Shown in pieces: positions 10,544-20,622 of a DNA stretch of 64,000 bases. The notes under the pieces were generated by a model. That model saw nothing but the letters and a program-made list of their open reading frames with translations. It did no database searches and was not told where the DNA came from. This DNA is from Candidatus Latescibacterota bacterium (GTDB lineage: Bacteria > Latescibacterota > UBA2968): NCBI GenBank assembly GCA_965205975.1, contig OZ242195.1:4672001-4736000 (forward strand), written 5' to 3'. A program made the position numbers and the translations under genes. Positions within the stretch are counted from its first letter, which is position 1. Each line of letters begins with the position of its first letter.

Positions 10544-10575
10544 AGGGTGATTTTTCATTTGATTGGAGGTTTCCC

Positions 10576-11451
10576 ATGAAATATGGACTGAGTGTGGAAC
10601 AGGTGGCGCAGTTCCACGACGATGGTTTTTTGATCGTCCGCGATCAGCTTCCCAAAGAAGCGTACCAACCGTTTACCGATGAAGTTGTTGCTAAAATTGA
10701 TGAGGTGGTGGGCGCGGCGGTGGATGAGGGGCTGCTCGATCCGGGGGATACCTTTCCCGACGCGTCTTTTGAGACCCGATTGGCTCTGGTGTCGAATGCC
10801 TGTTCGGAGCCAGAGCGGATCTGGAAGAATTTTCAGGGGAAGAGGTTTAAGACGCCCGGGATGTTCGCGCTCAGGACGCATCCCGCTATACTGGACGCGA
10901 CTGAATCTCTGATTGGTCCTGAAATTTTTGCCCATCCGCAGTCCAACCTGCGCGCAAAATTACCAGATCTGGAAGCGACCGTGGTGCCGTGGCATCAGGA
11001 CCTGGCTTATCTCATACCAGAGGATGCGGGAGAGACGTTATTTGTCAATTTCTGGATCCCACTGGTTAAGGCGACGGCTAACAACGGGTGTTTGCAGGTG
11101 CTTCGCGGTTCTCATAGGGTCGGTCTTTTGCCGCATGATTATCGGACACCCCACTTCAAAGGGGTCTTCGAAAGCGATCTTCCGGATTTTGAGGTCGTGA
11201 CCTGCGAGGTGGATGTGGGGGATGTATTGTTGACGATGGAGCGGGTTCTTCATCGATCAACCCCGCATACGACAAATTCGGTCAGGTGGAGTCTGGATGT
11301 TCGCTATAGCCGCATTGGGCTTCCGACGGGTCGTGAGGATGTGCCGGGTTTTATCGCTCGAAGCCGGGTTAATCCGGAGAGCGTGGCGAGGTCCCATCAC
11401 GATTGGATCAGGAATTACGAGATGGCGGGTATCGATCCGTTCGGCAATTGA
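10576..11451 (+). CDS. Phytanoyl-CoA dioxygenase (PhyH) family 2OG-Fe(II) oxygenase
   Basis: QFHDDGFL, PWHQD, WIPL, GCLQVLRGSH, HRS, RWSLDVRY; GGAGG RBS. Confidence 0.92.
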   Translation: MKYGLSVEQVAQFHDDGFLIVRDQLPKEAYQPFTDEVVAKIDEVVGAAVDEGLLDPGDTFPDASFETRLALVSNACSEPERIWKNFQGKRFKTPGMFALRTHPAILDATESLIGPEIFAHPQSNLRAKLPDLEATVVPWHQDLAYLIPEDAGETLFVNFWIPLVKATANNGCLQVLRGSHRVGLLPHDYRTPHFKGVFESDLPDFEVVTCEVDVGDVLLTMERVLHRSTPHTTNSVRWSLDVRYSRIGLPTGREDVPGFIARSRVNPESVARSHHDWIRNYEMAGIDPFGN

Positions 11452-11464
11452 GGAGGAGTGTGTT

Positions 11465-12715
11465 ATGGAACTGACAGGAGAACAGCAGGCTGTTCTGGAT
11501 GGGTCACGGGGAGACTATCTGGCAAAGTGCATGCGCTGGCTGGTTGATTGGGGTGAGGTAATGGGGGCAAAACGGCTGATTAAGGTGGATAATACACACG
11601 CTTTGCTGCCAGTGCCCAATTTGATGGCTCAGGGGGCGTCCAAAGAGACGATGGACCGATATATGGCCGATCTCGTGGAGGCGTGTTCCCACGGGACGCA
11701 TCCCGGATGTACCTGTACGGTGCATGCGGCGTTTGTGACTCTGGACGATGTGGATGTGCCCGAGAATGATCCCGAACAGGTGCAGATGCAGAAGGATCTG
11801 GCGGTTCTGGCTGCGGATGCGGGATTTATTCCCACTTTTACCTGCGCTCCGTATCTGGTGGGCAATGTGCCGCTCAAGGACGAGGTTCTGGCGTGGACGG
11901 AGTCGTCTGCGGTGGTTTATGCCAATTCTATTTTGGGCGCGCGGACTACGCGACACGGTACGGAGAGCGCGATTGCCGCCTCGCTTCTGGGTCTGGTTCC
12001 GGAGTTTGGCGTGTTGCTGGATGAGAATCGCAAGGGTACGCTTCGGATAGAGGTGACGGCGGAGTTGGAGGATCCGCCCGATTGGGGTGCTCTGGGCTAT
12101 TTTGCAGGGAAAGCCGCGGGTCTGGGTATTCCGGTGTTCAATGGCATACGACGGCCCTCTCAGGATGAGGCCAAGCAACTCTGTGCGGCTCTGGCGACTT
12201 CGGGCGGGGTGACGATGTGTCACATCGCGGGTGTTACGCCAGAAGCGCCTACGATAGATGCGGCTTTTCAGGGGGATGTTCCAGAGAATTATCTGACGTT
12301 TGATGCAGAGACGTTGAGGGAGACTTATGAGTCTTTGCGGGTGCGCACGGGAGATGAAATCGATTCGGTCATTCTGGGCTGTCCTCATGCGTCTATTAAT
12401 GAGCTTTCGAAAATTGCCGCTCTTTTGAAGGGGAAAAAGGTGGCGGAAGGGGTGCGCCTGTGGATCGATACGGCGCGGGGTACGAAGGGGAATGCGGATA
12501 GGATGGGCTATACGGAGATTATCGAGGCGGCTGGCGGGCGCATTCTTTGCGATACCTGTCCGACCAATATGCGGATTCCGGCGAAGCGCATTGTGACCCA
12601 CGGTTTTAAGCAGGCGCACTATGCGCGGGGGATGGTGGGCGCAGAAGTGATTATTGCCAAGACGGACGCCTGCATACGCGCGGCAGTTGCCGGGAGGTGG
12701 CTCGGAGATGGCTGA
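11465..12715 (+). CDS. Aconitase X catalytic subunit (DUF521)
   Basis: TFTCAPY, WTESSAVVYANSILGART, HIAGVTPEA, LGCPHAS, CDTC. Confidence 0.92.
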   Translation: MELTGEQQAVLDGSRGDYLAKCMRWLVDWGEVMGAKRLIKVDNTHALLPVPNLMAQGASKETMDRYMADLVEACSHGTHPGCTCTVHAAFVTLDDVDVPENDPEQVQMQKDLAVLAADAGFIPTFTCAPYLVGNVPLKDEVLAWTESSAVVYANSILGARTTRHGTESAIAASLLGLVPEFGVLLDENRKGTLRIEVTAELEDPPDWGALGYFAGKAAGLGIPVFNGIRRPSQDEAKQLCAALATSGGVTMCHIAGVTPEAPTIDAAFQGDVPENYLTFDAETLRETYESLRVRTGDEIDSVILGCPHASINELSKIAALLKGKKVAEGVRLWIDTARGTKGNADRMGYTEIIEAAGGRILCDTCPTNMRIPAKRIVTHGFKQAHYARGMVGAEVIIAKTDACIRAAVAGRWLGDG

Positions 12716-13124
12716 TACCATTGATATCAGGGGGCACGGCGTGGTTAAGGGATACGCTGAGGGAGAGGCGCTGGTGGCTGATACGACGCTGTCGTTCTGG
12801 GGCGAGGTGGATGCAATTACGGGCAAGGTGATCGGCGTGGGGCATCCTCTGGAGGGGATTTCTCTGGGGGGGCGCGTGCTGGTTATTCGCTCGACCAAAG
12901 GTTCTTCGGGTACGCCTATGGTTTTAAATCTGGCACAGTTGGAGGGCAATGCGCCTGCGGCTTTTGTCAATGTGGAGGTAGATGGATTGGCAGCTCTTGG
13001 ATGTATTGTCAATGAGATTCCGATGATGACAGAGTTGGAGCAAGATCCTTTTGAGTTGATCGCTACGGGCGACCACGTGGTGGTGGATGCCGATGAGGGC
13101 GTGTTGCGGGTGACGCGGAAATAA
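12708..13124 (+). CDS. Aconitase X swivel subunit (DUF126)
   Basis: AEGEALV, LSFWGEVD..TG, HPLEG, KGSSG. Confidence 0.92.
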   Translation: MADTIDIRGHGVVKGYAEGEALVADTTLSFWGEVDAITGKVIGVGHPLEGISLGGRVLVIRSTKGSSGTPMVLNLAQLEGNAPAAFVNVEVDGLAALGCIVNEIPMMTELEQDPFELIATGDHVVVDADEGVLRVTRK

Positions 13125-13134
13125 GGAATTTAAT

Positions 13135-15054
13135 ATGTTATTGCGCAGGCGTTTAGTACAAATCATACTCATCGCGTTGTTGGTCCAACCGGTGTCTGCG
13201 GCGCCTTCGCCGGATTTTGACGAGAGTGGTGTGGTCGATTTTACCGACTTTTTGTTGTTTGTAAGTGCGTTTGATGCTCGGGAAGGTCAGGAGAGGTACG
13301 ATGCAAAGTACGATTTGAATGGCGATGGCGAGATTGGGTTTGGCGATTTTCTGCTCTTTGTCAGCGACTTTGGCAGGACAGTGGAATTTTTGCGGAACGC
13401 GAGGGCCTATCAGCAGTTTGTGAAGGACAAAGAGAATGGGAGAGAACCCATTTTGCCCGATTTTTCTTATTCGGGCTATCACTATTTCAATAAGCCCGTT
13501 CCCGATGTCACACATCCCGTTTTTGACGTTACGAAGTATGGCGCGATTCCCAATGATGATGTGTCTGACCAGCCTGCTATCCAGGCAGCTATTGCCGCAG
13601 CAGAGGAAAATGGTAGAGGTGTTGTGTTCTTCCCACCGGGTGAATTTCTCATCAACACCGATACGGACAAAAACGATGAGGGCTACAATGAGCCTATCTA
13701 TATCCACAGTAGCAATATTGTTTTGCGAGGCAGCGGTAGCCGCAAGGGGGGTACGGTTATACGAATGGTCAATTACATGTCCCCCCTTCCCGATAGACCC
13801 GGTTATGTGCCCAGTATGTTCAATTTTCAGCCTGTTAGCTTCGCTCGTTCTACCTTAGCGCGTATTACAGAGAGTGCGGAGCGAGAAACTTTTTGGATTA
13901 CAGTGAATAATGCTTCCAGGCTCTCAGTTGGTCAGTGGATTTGGGTCTCTATGACTGTCAGGGATGCAGAAGGAATTAATGCGTTTATTGCCCCTCGTTC
14001 GCCATCCGGCTTGTCGGAACTTTTCGATGTGGGGCTTGATATACGGGAAGAACACAGCATTGCCGAGATTCAGGGCAATCGGATTCGCCTCAATGCACCC
14101 CTGCATACCCGTGTGAATCAAGGGGCAGCGGTGCAGTCCTTGCCGCATCTCGCAGAAGTCGGTGTTGAGGACATCAGTTTTCACGGGTCGTTCTTTGAGT
14201 CATTTGTCCATCATTTGAATCTCATCCACAATGCGGGCTGGAAGCCGCTCTCATTTAACCGGTGTGCCAATTCCTGGGTTCGGCGTGTCTCTTTCATGCA
14301 TGTCAGTGGCGCAATTGGTTTTACTGTTAGTGCTGCCTCATCGGTGTACCAGGTTACAATCGCGGGAAATAAGGGGCATACTGCTTTTAATAGTCAGGGC
14401 AGTTACGGGATATGGTTTGGGCTGTCAGAAGATATTGCAGGTCAGGCTCCCTATAGCACGGCCCCTCTCATCGATGCTCAGAGAAACACCCGTGCGGTTC
14501 CAGGCCAGCATCACGGTACGGGTATGAGTCATGTCTCAACGGGGAATGTGATTTACCACTACGATATGTCTCCAGACCAGCCGCTTGATATCCATAAGAC
14601 GGATCCCAGCTACGCAAATTTGTACGACTGCGTGAATAATGGCAGGTTGTCTGGTAGTAGCGGTGGTGGGGTTCCGCCGCATCATCTCCGGCGTCTTGTG
14701 TTCTGGAATTACAACCACGGGGGCGATGTTACTCACTATGATTTTTGGGCGGGGTATCTCAAATTTTTGTTTCCGATTATTGTGGGCTTTCACGGCAATC
14801 CCGCGACCTTTAATGAGAGTGATCTCGAGGTTTTGGAGTCCAATGGCGAGGCGGTTGCTCCGGAATCGCTTTTTGACGCACAACTCGAATTGCGTCTGGG
14901 CACTTTGCCGGTCTGGGTAAAAGATCTACGCACCGAATGGGAGATGATTCGCAGCATGCCGCTTGAAATCTCAAGAGGCAAGGCTTCGGAGGTAAAAATT
15001 CCTGCGGATTTAAAAGCAGTTAATCCAAATATTTATAGCTGTTATCAGGATTGA
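13135..15054 (+). CDS. Secreted beta-helix (pectate-lyase-like/DUF4955-type) protein with N-terminal dockerin/EF-hand-like pair
   Basis: Signal peptide; DFDESGVVDFTDFL...DLNGDGEIGFGDFL; ILPDFSYSGY; FDVTKYGAIPND; GVVFFPPG; PESLFDAQLELRLG. Confidence 0.75.
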   Translation: MLLRRRLVQIILIALLVQPVSAAPSPDFDESGVVDFTDFLLFVSAFDAREGQERYDAKYDLNGDGEIGFGDFLLFVSDFGRTVEFLRNARAYQQFVKDKENGREPILPDFSYSGYHYFNKPVPDVTHPVFDVTKYGAIPNDDVSDQPAIQAAIAAAEENGRGVVFFPPGEFLINTDTDKNDEGYNEPIYIHSSNIVLRGSGSRKGGTVIRMVNYMSPLPDRPGYVPSMFNFQPVSFARSTLARITESAERETFWITVNNASRLSVGQWIWVSMTVRDAEGINAFIAPRSPSGLSELFDVGLDIREEHSIAEIQGNRIRLNAPLHTRVNQGAAVQSLPHLAEVGVEDISFHGSFFESFVHHLNLIHNAGWKPLSFNRCANSWVRRVSFMHVSGAIGFTVSAASSVYQVTIAGNKGHTAFNSQGSYGIWFGLSEDIAGQAPYSTAPLIDAQRNTRAVPGQHHGTGMSHVSTGNVIYHYDMSPDQPLDIHKTDPSYANLYDCVNNGRLSGSSGGGVPPHHLRRLVFWNYNHGGDVTHYDFWAGYLKFLFPIIVGFHGNPATFNESDLEVLESNGEAVAPESLFDAQLELRLGTLPVWVKDLRTEWEMIRSMPLEISRGKASEVKIPADLKAVNPNIYSCYQD

Positions 15055-15178
15055 CAACTTTGGCAAGGTGATGAGTATAGCAAGACTTCGGAGTAGGCAC
15101 GACTGTTCGGTTGATGTGCAAGGGCAGTATATACAAGGTTATCGGTTCTGTGTAATTAGAGGATTGATGGCCTGTTTT

Positions 15179-16807
15179 TTATTTCGGTTCGACGAATATC
15201 TCTACTTCGTCGATTACAATTGTGGGGGATGTGGCTTCGGGGTCGCTTTTGGTGAGTGCGATGGACAGGTAGTTGTCGCCGCGTTCGACGAGCGGGTCTG
15301 AGAGGACAAACCAGCGCGTGGAAAAGACGGGTTTTTCCGCGAGTGCGCGAAATTCGATCCGCCCGCCCTGCGCGGTACAGGGGATGTTTCTGCCGTCTTT
15401 TTTCCGTGTCGAATCTACGGTTGTGACGCGATCAGAGGATGCGGTGCGTCCGATGGCTTCGTCGGGGATGATATGGCCGTTGAGGCGCACGTCTAATTCA
15501 TCGTCCGCGGTCAGGCCAAATCCCCGAAAGAGGAGGGTCGCGCAATGCGCGTGTTGCAGGTTTTCAAAGAGTTGAAAACGAAATTCACCCGTGGGGCGCT
15601 GTTCGCCGCGCGATAGTCGAAGTTGTTGTGCGTTGATTACGCCTGTGCTGCGTCTGCCATTGGCTCCAAAACCGCTGAATCCGTCCCAGGTGGGATCAAA
15701 AATGTAGTGCCGTTCGCCGCGCGCGACGCGCTCGGGATCGCGGAGTTGGTGGAAGACCTGCATGCCTTGAGGGTAAAAAGGCGGTTGCCATACGGAAGGC
15801 ACAAAATGGTTGTAGATTGATATGCCATGTGCACCGGCGCCGTACATGGTGTGTGCGAGTGCGCGACAGGTGGCATAGCTTAAGGGGATTCGTCCGAGGC
15901 GGTAGCGCGTGCGGTAGCTGTTCCACGGTAGCAGGCCGGGGTAGAGCAGGCACGCTGTTTTCCGGGTTAGTGCCGACCATTCCGAATAGGGCAAATTGTG
16001 GTCCGCATACATCGTATCTTGCGGGCTGATGTAGTCGAGCAATCCATTCTGTATCCAATTGCAAATGTCCAGGCCCTGACTCGCGCATTCTGCTGGCGTT
16101 GCGTATATGCGCGCGCCAAGCATGAGTTTTTTGCCGGTTTCTTTGCCGCGTTCATTCAGTCGCGTGTGGATCTTTTGTATGAGGTCTGTCATGAGGTGTG
16201 CGCGTTCGGCAGCGTGGTGTGGAGGGAAGTAGGCCGTGTCTCGAAAACACAGTTCCACCCCGTCAATGTCAAAGCCGCAGGCGACTTCTTCTACGACGCC
16301 ATAGGTGAATTCTCGAACTTCCCGATGTGTGAAGTCGAGTGCTTCTGGTTCCTGATAGTTCTGCCCGGGGCGCGGATCGTGCAATCGCAGATGCGGATTG
16401 GATTCAATATATTCGGCAATGCCGACGCCCTGTTTGCGGTTGTGCGCGGCATGGCCGTCATTCATGCGGAAGCCAGCGATAAATTGCATGCCGCGTTGGT
16501 GCGATTGGTCGATGAGGATGTCCAGTGGCTGTGTGCCCGCTTCGATTAAGGGTCTGAATCGCTGGTGCTGAGGGCGCTGGTCGTATTCATAGTGTTCGGA
16601 TTGCCAGTAGGCCGTCCATCCTTGAGAGAATATCTCCTGATTGAATATATCTATCCCGCTGTCCGCGACCATATCCACCCATTTGCGCAGGTCTGTTTCT
16701 CTTACTGGATCGGGCAATACCGTGCGTGCGATCGTGGATGGGTCGCTCACATAGAGGATTCGGTGGTCGCCTCGGGGATTCGATCTCTGGTAGGTCATTT
16801 CTGTCAT
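15179..16807 (-). CDS. GHL10-like TIM-barrel glycoside hydrolase homologue
   Basis: GFRMNDGH, ALDFTHREVR, FDIDGVELCF, GISIYN. Confidence 0.7.
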   Translation of the reverse strand: MTEMTYQRSNPRGDHRILYVSDPSTIARTVLPDPVRETDLRKWVDMVADSGIDIFNQEIFSQGWTAYWQSEHYEYDQRPQHQRFRPLIEAGTQPLDILIDQSHQRGMQFIAGFRMNDGHAAHNRKQGVGIAEYIESNPHLRLHDPRPGQNYQEPEALDFTHREVREFTYGVVEEVACGFDIDGVELCFRDTAYFPPHHAAERAHLMTDLIQKIHTRLNERGKETGKKLMLGARIYATPAECASQGLDICNWIQNGLLDYISPQDTMYADHNLPYSEWSALTRKTACLLYPGLLPWNSYRTRYRLGRIPLSYATCRALAHTMYGAGAHGISIYNHFVPSVWQPPFYPQGMQVFHQLRDPERVARGERHYIFDPTWDGFSGFGANGRRSTGVINAQQLRLSRGEQRPTGEFRFQLFENLQHAHCATLLFRGFGLTADDELDVRLNGHIIPDEAIGRTASSDRVTTVDSTRKKDGRNIPCTAQGGRIEFRALAEKPVFSTRWFVLSDPLVERGDNYLSIALTKSDPEATSPTIVIDEVEIFVEPK

Positions 16808-17151
16808 ATTCCCTGGGAAGATGGTATGCCGATCATTGCCAGGCAGTAGGCAAGATAGCTTTTCGGCACCGGTCCCGCAAGCAATTCGGGATTTCCTCCC
16901 GTGTACGAACTATTTTGAAACCTTTAGATGTATGGCGTGTATCTAAGATGTAATAGGGGATGGACAGCAATCTAAAAATATATACGAGATTGTGAAACTT
17001 TGTAAATGTTAAATGCGTTTAAGAAAGGTATATAACAACTCATTAAATAACGCATCTTTGGGAGGGGGTGACAATCAAAATGGTAACGCCAACTGTTGTA
17101 ACAGAATCTCACACCGGGTCGGGTAAAGAGGAACAAGTGGTAGGAGATACA

Positions 17152-18015
17152 ATGGAATACACGCAAAAGGAAACGCAGTACGCGCGCGAAGCTTCTGTTC
17201 AGAGCTATCTCAAGGAACTGCGCAAGTACCCCCCATTGAGCCGAGAAGAAGAACAAAAAGTCCTTCGCAAGGCCAAACGGGGAAATCAAGCGGCGGTTGA
17301 CAAGATTATTACGTCAAACTTGCGTTTTGTCGTCAGTGTTGCGCTCGAATATCAGGGGCGGGGTGTGCCCCTTGCCGATTTGATTGCCGAGGGCAATATG
17401 GGATTGATGGAAGCCCTCAAGCGATTTGACGAAGAACGCGGGTTTAAGTTCATCAGCTATGCTGTGTGGTGGATTCGACAGTGCATTCTCAATGCACTCA
17501 AGCGCACGTCTAATGTGGTTATGCCTGCAAACCGCCAGGAGGATATGGATCGGATGGCGCGTCGCTGGGGGCAGATGACCCAGGAATTGGGGCGCGTGCC
17601 CACGCTGGACGAAGTTGCCAGCGATATGAAGATCAGCAACAAACGCGCAGAGCGGGCGTTGCGCTGTGTGCGCCCAGACCTGTCTCTTTCTATGCCCGTA
17701 GACACGGCGGGCGAGCAGCCGCTTATGAATCTACTCGAGGCCAATGAAGAGGATCCTGATCAGCTCGTGATATACCGGGATCAGTCCGAGTTTATATTGC
17801 GGTCTCTCAATGATTCTTTAGATCCCCGGGAACGAGATGTTATTCGCGGTTATTTTGGTCTCGACGGAAATGAGCGCCAGACGTTGAGTGACATTGGCCA
17901 GTCTCTGGGTGTTACCCGAGAGCGCGTGCGCCAGATTCGCAACCGCGCGCTTGACAAGTTGCAGCGATATTTTCGAAGAAATGTTCCGGGTGGAAAAGTG
18001 GAAGATCTGGTCTGA
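17152..18015 (+). CDS. Sigma-70 family (RpoD/RpoS-like, no region 1.1) RNA polymerase sigma factor
   Basis: YLKEL..YPPLS, NLRFVVSVA, DLIAEGNMGL, GFKFISYAVWWIRQ, TLSDIG..LGVTRERVRQI. Confidence 0.95.
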   Translation: MEYTQKETQYAREASVQSYLKELRKYPPLSREEEQKVLRKAKRGNQAAVDKIITSNLRFVVSVALEYQGRGVPLADLIAEGNMGLMEALKRFDEERGFKFISYAVWWIRQCILNALKRTSNVVMPANRQEDMDRMARRWGQMTQELGRVPTLDEVASDMKISNKRAERALRCVRPDLSLSMPVDTAGEQPLMNLLEANEEDPDQLVIYRDQSEFILRSLNDSLDPRERDVIRGYFGLDGNERQTLSDIGQSLGVTRERVRQIRNRALDKLQRYFRRNVPGGKVEDLV

Positions 18016-18035
18016 TACCATCTTATTTTCGGAGT

Positions 18036-18074
18036 AGAAAAGGCGGTTCTGGTTTTTCCAGAGCCGCCTTTTCT
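18036..18074 (+). terminator. Intrinsic terminator after the sigma factor gene
   Basis: AGAAAAGGCGGTTCTGG...CCAGAGCCGCCTTTTCT hairpin. Confidence 0.8.
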
Positions 18075-18176
18075 GTGCAGGTTTTTTCAGCGAAAAGGGT
18101 TGATTTATTCAAAAATGGAGTGTAGATTCTATTTGCTTTTTGTATTCTTTTACCCGCCTCTCTATTGGGCTTCACT

Positions 18177-18950
18177 ATGAGCCGATTATTAGCATTCCTC
18201 GGTGGTCAACTCGCCGCATTTTTCATCCAGGTTTTCCAGATGTTCTGCTATGGCGTCCAATGCGTGATGGAAATGCGGCATCTCTACCTCTATCGACATC
18301 AGATTATCGGACAGTGTTATGCTGTTGGTGTCAGCTCTCTGCCCCTGGTTTGCCTGATTTCGGCTTTTAGCGGGATGGCGATCGCTATTCAGACGGCTTA
18401 TCAGATGGAAGAGTACGTGCCCGATTATATGGTTGGTGCGCTTATGGTCCGCTCTGTGATACTCGTGCTGTCGCCTATTTTGTTGGGTCTCGTGCTCGCG
18501 GGCAGGGTGGGGGCGGGCGTCGCGTCTGAACTCGGCACGATGAAAGTCTCAGAGCAAGTGGATGCGCTCGCGTCAATGGCTGTCGATCCGGTGGGATATC
18601 TCATGTTACCCCGAATGCTCGCTGGCGCGATTATGGTTCCAGTTCTCGTGATTTATTCCTTTTTGGTCGCGAATATCTGCGGGTTTGGTATGTCGATGAT
18701 CAAGATGGCTATTACGCCTACAGAATTGGTCAAAGGTATGAAGCTCTATTTTGAGGTGTATGATGTTTTTGTCGGGTTGGTCAAATCCGTTGTTTATGGT
18801 GGGTTGTTGACGTTTATGGGATCTTATAAGGGGCTGTGCACCGCAGGTGGTGCACAGGGCGTTGGACGGGCTGCTACGGCTGCAGTTGTGATATCTTCTG
18901 CGCTTGTTCTCATTCTCGATTATTTTTTAACACACGCGTTGTTGTATTAA
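18177..18950 (+). CDS. mlaE: MlaE family ABC permease
   Basis: AGRVGAGVASELGTMKVSEQVDAL, GGAQGVGRAAT. Confidence 0.93.
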   Translation: MSRLLAFLGGQLAAFFIQVFQMFCYGVQCVMEMRHLYLYRHQIIGQCYAVGVSSLPLVCLISAFSGMAIAIQTAYQMEEYVPDYMVGALMVRSVILVLSPILLGLVLAGRVGAGVASELGTMKVSEQVDALASMAVDPVGYLMLPRMLAGAIMVPVLVIYSFLVANICGFGMSMIKMAITPTELVKGMKLYFEVYDVFVGLVKSVVYGGLLTFMGSYKGLCTAGGAQGVGRAATAAVVISSALVLILDYFLTHALLY

Positions 18951-18953
18951 ACT

Positions 18954-19697
18954 ATGGCAAATGAAACGGCTATTGAGTTTGTCGAGGTGTTTAAGTCTTT
19001 TGAAGCACAACCCGTGCTGAAAGGGCTTGACCTGTGGGTTCCCCGGTCTGAGATTACGACTATTTTGGGTCCGAGTGGATGCGGCAAAAGTGTGACCTTG
19101 AAGCATGTTATTGGGATTGAGCGGGCTGATGAGGGAAAGGTCGTCGTTGCCGGTTATGACATGGAGCGGATTCGCCATGGTGAGTTGATCGAATTGCGCA
19201 AGCGCATCGGGGTTTTATTTCAGTCTTCGGCACTTTTTGATTCTATGACGGTAAAGGAAAATGTGGCTTTTGGGTTGCGTATGCACACCAGGATGTCCGA
19301 AGAAGAAATTGCAGAGCGCGTGCATGTCTGCCTCGATGCTGTGCGGTTGGCGGGTACAGAGGCCAAGATGCCGGTTGAGTTGTCGGGGGGAATGAGAAAA
19401 CGCGCGGCACTTGCGCGGGCTATTGCGATGGAACCCGATTTTATTCTTTACGATGAACCCACAACGGGTCTGGATCCAAATACATCCAGTGTTGTGGGTG
19501 ACTATATATTGAAATTGCAATCGGAGCTCAATGTGACATCGGTGGTCGTCACCCACGATATGCCCCTTGCCCGGCGCGTTTCAGATCGGATTGCTCTCCT
19601 CTATGACGGCAAAGCTGTGGTTCAAGGTGCAATGGAAGATGTTGAAGCATCTGGCAATGAGGTTTTCGAATTGTTTGTTCAGGGCAAGTTGGGGTAA
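18954..19697 (+). CDS. mlaF: MlaF family ABC ATPase
   Basis: GPSGCGKS, LSGGMRKR, LYDEPTTGLDP. Confidence 0.93.
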   Translation: MANETAIEFVEVFKSFEAQPVLKGLDLWVPRSEITTILGPSGCGKSVTLKHVIGIERADEGKVVVAGYDMERIRHGELIELRKRIGVLFQSSALFDSMTVKENVAFGLRMHTRMSEEEIAERVHVCLDAVRLAGTEAKMPVELSGGMRKRAALARAIAMEPDFILYDEPTTGLDPNTSSVVGDYILKLQSELNVTSVVVTHDMPLARRVSDRIALLYDGKAVVQGAMEDVEASGNEVFELFVQGKLG

Positions 19698-19700
19698 CTT

Positions 19701-20612
19701 ATGAGAAATCGTCGGCAAGAAATTATTCTGGGTGCAGTTGTATTTTTTGCAGCCGTTATTCTGGTGGTCGGCACGGTGTGGCTCTCTGAGCGCTATGCAG
19801 GTGCGGCTGGTGGATATCGAGTCCATGCTAAGTTCGACAGCGTGCCGGGGCTTCAAGTGGGCAATCCCGTGACGTTTCGCGGGGTGCGGGTGGGAAAGGT
19901 GCTGTCTATCACTCTTGAGGATGGGCTGCCTTATGTTGCACTCGGGTTTGCCACAGTGAGAGATTTGCCTGTGGATTCGCGTTTTTTACTTAAATCCGAT
20001 GGTCTGCTGGGTGGGCAAATGATCGAGATTCAGTTGGGAGAGTCGGAACAGCGTCTTCCAGATGGTGCTGTTGTGCAGGGGACTTCTGCTTCTGATCTCG
20101 ATGCGATGGTGTCTGAAAGCAGGCTTATGATTGAAAAAATTCGCGGTGCAGTAGATGGCGTAGCCAGTGAGAATAATCTCACGCATCTGGAAAGTGTTCT
20201 TTCGCGTATTGATACGACCACGTACTATCTCAACCGATTATTGAATGACGATAATCTGGGTAAGGTCGATAAGATGCTCGACAGTCTGGCGGTGGCAACG
20301 GGCGATGCGAGTGGTTTGATGCGGGATAATCGCGAAAGTTTGAGCATTGCCGTGACCAATATAGCTGTGACGATGGAACGCCTTGCGCGGATTTCGGCAC
20401 GGATGGAATCGACTTCGGTTGCTATGCAGAATACATTTGCCAATCTCGATGATATTTCCAAAGGGATACGAGACGGACGCGGTACGGTCGGGCGTTTGGT
20501 TAAGGACGAAGCGGTGTACGAGCATCTGGATCGCACACTGACGTCTGTGGATAGTCTTATTGCAGATATCAAGCGGAATCCCAAACGCTATCTCACTATT
20601 GAGATATTTTGA
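19701..20612 (+). CDS. mlaD: MlaD/MCE family protein
   Basis: N-terminal TM, GLQVGNPVTFRGVRVGKV, GLLG, DIKRNPKRY. Confidence 0.92.
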   Translation: MRNRRQEIILGAVVFFAAVILVVGTVWLSERYAGAAGGYRVHAKFDSVPGLQVGNPVTFRGVRVGKVLSITLEDGLPYVALGFATVRDLPVDSRFLLKSDGLLGGQMIEIQLGESEQRLPDGAVVQGTSASDLDAMVSESRLMIEKIRGAVDGVASENNLTHLESVLSRIDTTTYYLNRLLNDDNLGKVDKMLDSLAVATGDASGLMRDNRESLSIAVTNIAVTMERLARISARMESTSVAMQNTFANLDDISKGIRDGRGTVGRLVKDEAVYEHLDRTLTSVDSLIADIKRNPKRYLTIEIF

Positions 20613-20622
20613 GGAGTTTACT

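Noticed and set aside
11504..13012. 502-aa minus-strand ORF
   Set aside because: Antisense shadow of the AcnX genes, with no motifs. The same applies to 29924-31144, 55051-56151, 56808-57605 and 59694-60503.
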